Below, in pieces: positions 15,705 through 23,148 of a stretch of DNA of 64,000 bases. The stretch comes from Desulfobacteraceae bacterium UBA2156 (lineage in GTDB: Bacteria; Desulfobacterota; Desulfobacteria; Desulfobacterales; UBA2156), in the NCBI GenBank assembly GCA_002328165.1, contig DCWS01000077.1, forward strand, positions 1,624-65,623. Reading direction: 5' to 3'. The notes under the pieces are model-generated. The model did no database searches. It was not told where the DNA came from and worked only from the letters and a program-made list of their open reading frames with translations. Each line of letters begins with the position of its first letter. Position 1 is the first letter of the stretch. The translations under genes and the position numbers were made by a program.

Positions 15705-17141
15705 ATGGATATTGATGAAAAACAGATAGAACAGATCGTAGGGATGGTTCTGGAAAGATTATCTCCATCTGATCAGAAAATTTCTCCTGATCGATCTTTT
15801 GAAAAAGGAGATGGTGTTTTTAGAGAAATGGAGGATGCGATCCATGCGGCGGTGACTGCGCAAAAGCAATTGGTCGGTCTGCCCTTGGCCACACGTGAAA
15901 AAATTGTTCAGGGCATTCGAGATGTTTGCTGGAACAATCGTAAAGAATATGGTCGCATGGAGTTAGAGGAGACCGATATCGGAGCGAAGGAAGGAACTGT
16001 CCTGAAATTGGAAGTGGCGTGCGGTGTTCCGGGTCTTGAAGACTTGACGCCAGAGGTCTTTACGGGGGACCGGGGAATTACCGTTATAGAGAGCATCCCC
16101 GTCGGAGTCATTGCTTCTATCAACGCGGTGACTAATGCTGCGCCGAGCATCGTCAGTAACGCTATCCTGATGCTGGCTGGTGGCAACACTGTGGTCAACA
16201 ACCCCCACCCCAAAACCAAAGTTATTTCCGCCTGCGTGGTTCGTGATATCAATCAAGCCGTCGCCGATTGTGGCGGGCCGCCCAACTGTGTGAGCACCGT
16301 CGAAAACCCGGACATCCCCTCTGCGCAGCATCTGATGACCCACCCCCAGATCAATTTGATTGCGGTAACAGGCGGGCATCGGGTGGTTGAATTTGCCACT
16401 CAAACCGGCAAACGTGTCATCGCAGGCGGGCCTGGAAATCCACCGGTGGTGGTCGATGAAACCGCCGATTTAGATAATGCCGCCCAGTGTATTGTTCGGG
16501 GTGCTTCTTTGAGCAACTGTACCCCTTGTTCCAGTGAAAAAGAAATTTTTGTGGTAAAAACTGTTGCCAACCAATTAAAGGATCTCCTCAAGAAACACGG
16601 TGCATTCGAACTTACTGCTGAACAGGGCAGCGATCTGATTAAAGAGATATTCAAAGAAATTCGACCCGGCAGAGGCCCCAGTGTGATCAATATGGATTAT
16701 ATCGGCAAGCCCCCTCAGGTAATTTTGAAAAGGGCGATCGGACTGGAGATCCCGCCTGACACAAAAATTGCCATTTTGGAAACCGACAAGGAACACCCGC
16801 TCATTTGGACCGAGCAGATCATGCCGATTCTCCCGTTTGTCAGATGCCAGGATGCAGATGAAGCCATGGACATGGGGATTGCGGCTGAACAGGGGATGCG
16901 TCACACCATTGTTTTTCACTCCAATGATTTAAAAAACATCGCACGGATGGCGAGCATAGCCGATGCCTCTCAGTTTATCAAAAACGGGTCATCCATTGCA
17001 GGCCTCGGCGTTGAGGGAGAGGGATTCAAATCTCTGCACATCGCCACCGGCGGGGAAGGATTGACCCGGCCAAGGACATTCACGCTGGTCAGACGGTGTA
17101 TCCTCACCGATGATTTTCGATATCGGTTTGGGTCATTATGA
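15705..17141 (+). CDS. CoA-acylating aldehyde dehydrogenase (PduP/EutE type) with N-terminal encapsulation-peptide-like helix, copy 2
   Basis: Tandem paralog, roughly 60 percent identical by eye. GGPGNPPVVVDETAD, SLSNCTPCSSEKE, and N-terminus MDIDEKQIEQIVGMVLERL. ATG 15705 lies just after the copy-1 stop. Confidence 0.85.
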   Translation: MDIDEKQIEQIVGMVLERLSPSDQKISPDRSFEKGDGVFREMEDAIHAAVTAQKQLVGLPLATREKIVQGIRDVCWNNRKEYGRMELEETDIGAKEGTVLKLEVACGVPGLEDLTPEVFTGDRGITVIESIPVGVIASINAVTNAAPSIVSNAILMLAGGNTVVNNPHPKTKVISACVVRDINQAVADCGGPPNCVSTVENPDIPSAQHLMTHPQINLIAVTGGHRVVEFATQTGKRVIAGGPGNPPVVVDETADLDNAAQCIVRGASLSNCTPCSSEKEIFVVKTVANQLKDLLKKHGAFELTAEQGSDLIKEIFKEIRPGRGPSVINMDYIGKPPQVILKRAIGLEIPPDTKIAILETDKEHPLIWTEQIMPILPFVRCQDADEAMDMGIAAEQGMRHTIVFHSNDLKNIARMASIADASQFIKNGSSIAGLGVEGEGFKSLHIATGGEGLTRPRTFTLVRRCILTDDFRYRFGSL

Positions 17142-17154
17142 CCGTTACCTCCAA

Positions 17155-17586
17155 ATGGGGAACCGCATGGCTATGGACTTAATGAAGAGAGAAAATTTTT
17201 CATCCGGTGCACCTTTGGAAGAAAAAATCGGATACAGCCGGACGGTAAAAATTGGAAATCTTGTATTTATAGGCGGTACAACCACCACCAATTCAAAAGG
17301 GATAGTGGAGGGTGAAGGGGATGCCTACCTTCAGACCAGGATCATACTCGAGAAGATCGAAAAGGCACTGAAAAAGGCAGGAGCCAGACTTTCAGAAGTA
17401 TACCGGGTCCGCATATATGTTACCGATATCAGTCGTTCAGAGGAATACATGCGGGCTTATTCCGAATTTTTCAAAAAGGTTAAGCCAGTTACCATTTTGG
17501 CAGAAGTGAAAGCCTTGGTTCGACCCGCTCATCTGGTGGAGATCGAAGCCGATGCCATTATCGGCTCATATCTTGTGCGCAAATAA
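17155..17586 (+). CDS. RidA/YjgF/L-PSP-family enamine/imine deaminase
   Basis: ~143 aa. GYSRTVKIGNLVFIGGTT...RIYVTD...ILAEVKAL..P..LVEIEADA is the RidA-family pattern. The start among the 17155-17182 ATGs is uncertain. Confidence 0.75.
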   Translation: MGNRMAMDLMKRENFSSGAPLEEKIGYSRTVKIGNLVFIGGTTTTNSKGIVEGEGDAYLQTRIILEKIEKALKKAGARLSEVYRVRIYVTDISRSEEYMRAYSEFFKKVKPVTILAEVKALVRPAHLVEIEADAIIGSYLVRK

Positions 17587-17650
17587 GAACTCAAGTTTCG
17601 CATCTGATATTTTGAGAAAAGCCGCATCAGGCGTATACCTTGGAAGGCCG

Positions 17651-18778
17651 ATGAAACTCCTTGAGCCTACAGAAATAAAGGGTTTACACTTGCCCAATCG
17701 TTTTATCCGTTCTGCCACATGGGAGGGATTGGCCGACGGGGATGGCGCTTGTACACCTGAGCTTGTGGATTTGATGCTCAAACTTGTCAAAGGGGGTGTT
17801 GGCTTGATCATTACCGGTCACACCTATGTCTCTTCAGCCGGGCAGGCCACGCCCTGGCAACTGGGCCTTTACAAAGACAGCCTCATTGAGGGTCTAAAAG
17901 AAATGACCGAGGCGGTTCATCGCGAAGGCGGCAAAATCATTCTCCAGCTGGCCCACGGCGGTCTCATGGCCAGATCCGAATTAACCGGCACCGCCCCTCA
18001 AGGGCCCTCTTCTGAAAAAGGTCAGGATAATGATCCGGGTCGGGGAATGGCCATAGATGAAATTGAGGAAACGATAGCGGCATTTGGCCAGGCGGCCAGA
18101 AGGGCAAAAACAGCAGGCTTTGACGGTGTTCAGATCCATTCAGCCCATGGATATCTTCTCAATCAGTTTCTTTCACTGGCCTTCAACCTACGGGAGGACA
18201 AATACGGGGGATCCATAGAGAATCGCGCCAGAGCGCTTTTGGAAGTCTACCATAGCATCCGGCGGGCGGTGGGCCGTTATTATCCGATCTTGGTCAAGAT
18301 CAACTCCGAAGATTTTATGGAGAGGGGTCTAATCTTAAGCGATGTTATTCGTATTGCTGCCTTGCTGGACCATGCGGGTGTGGATGCAATCGAAGTGAGC
18401 GGCGGAACCTTTGTGTCGGGGCAACTGGGTCCCTGTCGGAACAAAATCATCTTTGAACGGGATCAGGCTTACTTTCGGAAGGCAGCCCGATTGCTAAGGG
18501 CGGCAATTAAGGCGCCGGTGATCCTGGTTGGGGGTATCCGTTCGTATCTTTTGGCGGAACGGCTGATGGTTGAAGGAGTAGCCGATTATATTTCCTTGTG
18601 CCGGCCGTTTATTCGCGAACCCTGGTTAATCAAACGGTGGGTGTCGGGTGATCTTCGAAATGCCACATGTATTTCATGTAACGCGTGTTTCGGTCCGGCC
18701 ATGTCCGGTAAAGGCATTTATTGTGTGGAGGATAGAAAAATCGAGATGCGTGGCAAAAGAAAAGCTTCACCTTATTAA
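17651..18778 (+). CDS. Old-Yellow-Enzyme-family NADH:flavin oxidoreductase with Cys-rich C-terminus (FadH/TMADH N-terminal-module-like)
   Basis: 375 aa. NRFIRSATWEG, IILQLAHGG, GFDGVQIHSAHGYLLNQFLS...R.D.YGGS. C-terminal CISCNACFGPAMSGKGIYC. Confidence 0.8.
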   Translation: MKLLEPTEIKGLHLPNRFIRSATWEGLADGDGACTPELVDLMLKLVKGGVGLIITGHTYVSSAGQATPWQLGLYKDSLIEGLKEMTEAVHREGGKIILQLAHGGLMARSELTGTAPQGPSSEKGQDNDPGRGMAIDEIEETIAAFGQAARRAKTAGFDGVQIHSAHGYLLNQFLSLAFNLREDKYGGSIENRARALLEVYHSIRRAVGRYYPILVKINSEDFMERGLILSDVIRIAALLDHAGVDAIEVSGGTFVSGQLGPCRNKIIFERDQAYFRKAARLLRAAIKAPVILVGGIRSYLLAERLMVEGVADYISLCRPFIREPWLIKRWVSGDLRNATCISCNACFGPAMSGKGIYCVEDRKIEMRGKRKASPY

Positions 18779-18858
18779 TTTTCTTGCCCTGGCGGGTCCC
18801 GGTGATAAACTGATTCCAGAAGATCGGGGCCCTGGATATCAAACGGAGGATAACCCTA

Positions 18859-18886
18859 TTGACACATTTCTTATAACTGCTAATAT
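18859..18886 (+). promoter_or_regulatory. Sigma70-like promoter candidate upstream of the TRAP genes
   Basis: TTGACA (18859-18864), a 16-nt spacer, then TAATAT (18881-18886), ~120 nt upstream of the dctP-like start. Confidence 0.35.
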
Positions 18887-19006
18887 GGCCGTGAGTTAAG
18901 TCAAAAGGAGGTGATGCATTCGAATCATTTTTGCCGTGCTAAAATCGATGCATGATAGGTTTGAAAAGACCGTCCTGTCATAACCATCTAACAAAGGAGA
19001 AGACTC

Positions 19007-20065
19007 ATGATAAGAAAAAAAAGCTTTTTAATAAGTGTTGGCGTGTTGGTCATTTTGTTTGCCGCTTCTCTGTGCATTGGTCATTTAACCGCCGAAGCAG
19101 CTCAGAAGGTTTACCGGATGAAGATACAATCGGCATGGCCGCGTGCGGACATATCGATGCAAATGCTTGAAAAGTTTGCAGCCGCCGCAGACAAAAGGAG
19201 TAACGGGCAGATAAAAATCCAGGTGTTTGCCGCACCGGAGATCGTCCCGGGTGAACAGACCCTTGAGGCGACAAAGAAGGGGACCCTGGATATGCTCCAC
19301 AGTATCGGGGCATATTGGGGCGGAACCACACCTATCGGTGAAATCGAGTTCGGTTTGCCCCTAATGTGGGCCATGCCGCTTGGAAAAACAGTCAAGGAGA
19401 ATTCGGAGATTGTTCGAGATTTCTTCCTTAACAGTGGGTTCGCAGAGCTGCTCCGCAAGGAATACGCCAAACAGGGTGTCTACTGGCTGGATATGCACTC
19501 TTATGGTGAGCTTTTTACTCTTGCCAGGGAACCGATCACCAGTTGTGCAGATATGCAAGGGAAAAAGTTCAGGGCAGAAGGCGCCTGGACAGACTTTTAC
19601 AATAATATGGGAGCCCGCGGTACGTTTGTGGATGGCGGGGAGGCCTATATGGCTTTGAGCAAGGGCGTTATCGATACAACTCAGTGGGATGTCAGTGCCG
19701 TTACAGGTATGAATATACATGAAGTGGCTCCGTATCGAATTATGGGTGGAGGGAATGATGTGGTCCCCGGACACATACTGATCAACCTGAAAAAGTGGGA
19801 GGCTCTACCTGATAACCTTAAAGAGGCTCTAAAGGGTGCCGCTAAGGACTATTTTGATACTCTTAACGAAATTTATATGGAAGAAATGAAGAAAGTTGAT
19901 GGGTTGGTGAAGCAAGGCAAAGTCAAACTAAGCTATTTTGATGATGCTTGCCTAAAAAAACATGAAGAAGTCGCCGCTAAATTGTGGGATGAAATCGCTA
20001 AAAGAGACCCGTCGGCTGTAAAGGCTGTCGAATTGGTCAAAGCGTGGAGAAAAACACTGAAATAG
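19007..20065 (+). CDS. TRAP transporter substrate-binding protein (DctP family; resembles the mannitol/chloroaromatic FcbT1-like subgroup)
   Basis: 352 aa. Signal peptide (LISVGVLVILFAASL), then YRMKIQSAWPR...QIKIQVFAAPEIVPG...LDMLHS..AYWGG. Confidence 0.8.
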   Translation: MIRKKSFLISVGVLVILFAASLCIGHLTAEAAQKVYRMKIQSAWPRADISMQMLEKFAAAADKRSNGQIKIQVFAAPEIVPGEQTLEATKKGTLDMLHSIGAYWGGTTPIGEIEFGLPLMWAMPLGKTVKENSEIVRDFFLNSGFAELLRKEYAKQGVYWLDMHSYGELFTLAREPITSCADMQGKKFRAEGAWTDFYNNMGARGTFVDGGEAYMALSKGVIDTTQWDVSAVTGMNIHEVAPYRIMGGGNDVVPGHILINLKKWEALPDNLKEALKGAAKDYFDTLNEIYMEEMKKVDGLVKQGKVKLSYFDDACLKKHEEVAAKLWDEIAKRDPSAVKAVELVKAWRKTLK

Positions 20066-20284
20066 GATAAAAAGCGGTGCTTTTTATTGAAGGCTTTTTT
20101 GCTTTTCGCTTTTCAGCAGAGAGCAAAAAAGTAAAGCGCAGAGGGGGTGGGTTGTTGGTTCCCCGGTTAACAACGTTAGTACTCTTCTTTTTTGTGAAAA
20201 ATCTTATTATTCGCCCCACACCGGATGCGGGTCTTTGTTAAATAAAAGGTGTGAAACTTAAGTTATTGATTCGTAAAGGGGGCT

Positions 20285-20779
20285 TTGGAATTGACCAAAG
20301 GGATTAAGGTTCTTTGTAATCTAGTTGATATTTTTACTCAAAAAACCAGCAAGCCGGCCAGCCTTTTGGTTTTTTTTATGATGGCCGTCACCGCAACGGA
20401 GGTTGTCGCGCGGTATGTGTTTAACAACCCAACCACCTGGGCTTGGCCGGTCAACAAGCAGCTTTTTGGTTTATTTATACTCTTCGCGGGCGTTTATACC
20501 ACCTCTAAAAGCGGTCATATCCGGATCGAAATTTTATATGATAATTTCCCTCCCAAGATTCAATACATCGTAAGATTGATTACCCTGGCAGCATTGATCT
20601 GCTTTATGGGTGTTCTTGTTTGGCAGGGGGCATGGATGGGCTGGAACGCATGGGTGGTTAAAGAGGTGTCTGCACGCGCATTTCGTATCCCTCTGTATCC
20701 TTTTAAATTGCTCATTCCGGTATTTGCCTTTCTTTTCCTGGTTCAGGGAATCGCTGTTTTTATCAAAAGCGAGGATTGA
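20285..20779 (+). CDS. TRAP transporter small permease (DctQ)
   Basis: 164 aa, four hydrophobic segments, positioned between the DctP and DctM genes. TTG start with a GGGGG RBS. Confidence 0.7.
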   Translation: MELTKGIKVLCNLVDIFTQKTSKPASLLVFFMMAVTATEVVARYVFNNPTTWAWPVNKQLFGLFILFAGVYTTSKSGHIRIEILYDNFPPKIQYIVRLITLAALICFMGVLVWQGAWMGWNAWVVKEVSARAFRIPLYPFKLLIPVFAFLFLVQGIAVFIKSED

Positions 20780-20911
20780 TCTTCTTTTAAAAAGTCTTTT
20801 ATGAGCGGCATTGAGTCCCGCCAGCAGCGGGAGAAATAGCGGAATGAAATGCTGAATCTTAAAAATTGTAAATTGTTCGATCCATCCTCAAATGGTTTTT
20901 AGCGGAGGCCC

Positions 20912-22213
20912 ATGAGCACCGAACTGGTGACCGTCATACTGTTTGGAGGACTTATATGTCTTTTAACCCTCGGTGTGCCGGTTGTTTTTGCCCTTGCCAG
21001 CATCAGCATATTAGTTGCCTATATACTGGGGGGCGCCAATGACCTCTTTATAGTCGCCACGACAACCTACCGGCAAATAACCGAATACAGTTTAATGAGT
21101 ATTCCCTTGTTCCTCCTTATGGGGAATTTTTTACTTCACTCCGGCATATCCGATCGTCTTTTCAAGGCTCTCAACTACTGGCTGTCTGGGGTAAGGGGGG
21201 GGTTAGCAATCGTTTCGGTCGGTGTATGTGTTGCCCTGGCCATGTGCGGGGGCTTTGGCCCCGGTATCCTAATGATGGGTCTGATTGCCGTACCTGCCAT
21301 GCTCAAAAGCGGTTATGACAAATCCCTGGCCCTGGGAAGTGTTATGGCCGGCGGGGTGCTTGGAGAAATTATCCCTCCCAGCATCATCATGATTGTTTTT
21401 GCTTTTATTGCACGACTCTCAATTGGCAGGCTTTTTTTTGGGGGGGCGATCCCAGGCTTTATCACCGCATCTCTTTATATTTTTTACATTTCCATGAGGT
21501 GTTATTTCCAACCACAACTGGCCCCCAGGGTCGCCGAGGATGCTACCTGGAAGCTGAGGATGATTTCACTCAAGGAAATTATCCTTCCGGCAATGTTAAT
21601 TTTTATGGTGCTGGGGGCGATTTTCTTCGGAGTTGCAACTCCCTCGGAGGCAGCCGGTGTAGGCGCATCGGGTGCTTTTTTAATCTGTATTATTTATCGC
21701 AGTTTTACGATAAAGGTGGTGCTTGATTCATGTGTTGAGACCATGAAGATCAGCGGTATGGCGCTGTGGATTCTGGTGGCGGCCACTCTTTTCGGAGTTG
21801 TTTATACGATGGCAGGCGCACAATCACTCATCATGGAAATTGTGGAGAGCCTCCATGTGAACCGTTGGTTCATACTTGTGGCGATGCAAATCATCCTCCT
21901 CATATTTGGCGCATTCATGGATGATTATGCCGTCATCACCATATGTGCCCCAATCTTCCTCCCCATTGCCCGCCATCTGGGTTTTAACCCCATATGGTTT
22001 GCAATTGTCTTTATCCTCAACATGCAGGCGGCTTACCTGACCCCTCCGTTTGGTTGGGCCCTCATTTTGATGAAAGGGGTTGCGCCACCGGAAATACACA
22101 CCAAGGACATATGGCGATCAATACCGCCATTTGTTGCCATTCAATTGCTTGTATTGATATTGACCATGCTATTTCCCCAGTTAGCGCTTTGGCTTCCTGA
22201 CAAAATGCTGTAA
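20912..22213 (+). CDS. TRAP transporter large permease (DctM)
   Basis: 433-aa polytopic membrane protein with typical DctM length and motifs (IPLFLLMG, GELIPPSI-like GEIIPPSI). Confidence 0.85.
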   Translation: MSTELVTVILFGGLICLLTLGVPVVFALASISILVAYILGGANDLFIVATTTYRQITEYSLMSIPLFLLMGNFLLHSGISDRLFKALNYWLSGVRGGLAIVSVGVCVALAMCGGFGPGILMMGLIAVPAMLKSGYDKSLALGSVMAGGVLGEIIPPSIIMIVFAFIARLSIGRLFFGGAIPGFITASLYIFYISMRCYFQPQLAPRVAEDATWKLRMISLKEIILPAMLIFMVLGAIFFGVATPSEAAGVGASGAFLICIIYRSFTIKVVLDSCVETMKISGMALWILVAATLFGVVYTMAGAQSLIMEIVESLHVNRWFILVAMQIILLIFGAFMDDYAVITICAPIFLPIARHLGFNPIWFAIVFILNMQAAYLTPPFGWALILMKGVAPPEIHTKDIWRSIPPFVAIQLLVLILTMLFPQLALWLPDKML

Positions 22214-22313
22214 CCCGTAAAGAATTAAAGTGTCGCAAGGAAAGGAGACGGACATGGCGGTACCATTCGTGTACCCATACATATCGAATTCAGTACCTGA
22301 GGTGATGAAGTAA

Positions 22314-22673
22314 ATGATGCAGGAAGTCGGTATCGATGATCTTTTTAAGGATCTTCTCTTCAGATCAGATCCAATCAATCTGCCAGACCCCATGAGCGAG
22401 TATGAGCTCAGGCGGTATGTCGCAGAGATCCTTTCGAAAAACAATGACCAGTTGCTGGTGTTTTGCGGGGCCGGCTGCTGGCCCCACTATGTACCGGCAG
22501 TTGTGGATGAAATCATCAACCGAACAGAATTCAAAACCGCTTACCTCGGCCTACCTGAACCGGAAAAAGGTAAGATGCAGGCCCCTTTGGAAAGACGATT
22601 TATCCAAGGCGCTAAGGTTGCTTCCGTCACAGGCGATCATGAGATCTTCGCAATGCAATCCATCGCGGAGTAG
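22314..22673 (+). pseudogene. Relic of a glycine-dehydrogenase subunit-1 (GcvPA)-like gene; only the N-terminal ~80 aa are recognisable
   Basis: MMQEVGIDDLFKD...LPDPMSEYELRRYV..ILSKN...FCGAGCWPHYVPAVVDEIINRTEFKTAY matches the GcvPA N-terminus. The ORF stops after 119 aa instead of ~440. Confidence 0.55.
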
Positions 22674-22675
22674 AT

Positions 22676-23113
22676 CGTAGAAGCCATGGATGCTGGCTGT
22701 CTGTATATCATCGGCTCAGGTACAACGCCACGGGCCATCATGGAACGGCTCGGTTTAAAAACACCCTCTTGGGTGTTGATGCCGTCTTGAATGGCAAACT
22801 GGTGGCGTTTGATCTGAACGAAGCCCAACTTATGGAACTAATTGAAGAGGAAATGGCCAAGATCATCATCACGCCTATCGGTGGACAAGGCTACGTATTT
22901 GGAAGAGGAAATCAGCAATTGAGCCCCGGTGTCATCAAAAAAATTGGAGCAGAAAACATTATCGTTGTGGCACTCCGAAACAAGCTTACTTCGCTGGAGC
23001 GAAGACCGCTTCTGGTGGACACAGGTGATAAAGAGGTAGATAAGATGCTGAAAGGGTACGTGAAGGTCGTCACCGGATATAGGGAAGAAATGGTCTATAA
23101 AATCTCTCACTAG
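22676..23113 (+). pseudogene. Relic of an ATP-NAD-kinase-like (COG3199/AcoX-like) gene: C-terminal third only, with a frameshift
   Basis: IIGSGTTPRAIMERLGLKTP (one frame) continues as LLGVDAVLNGKLVAFD...IITPIGGQGYVFGRGNQQLSP...VDTGD in another frame, with the shift near 22760. The N-terminal two-thirds are absent. Confidence 0.5.
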
Positions 23114-23148
23114 GTACATATGTTCAAGAATTTATCAGGAGGAACTCG

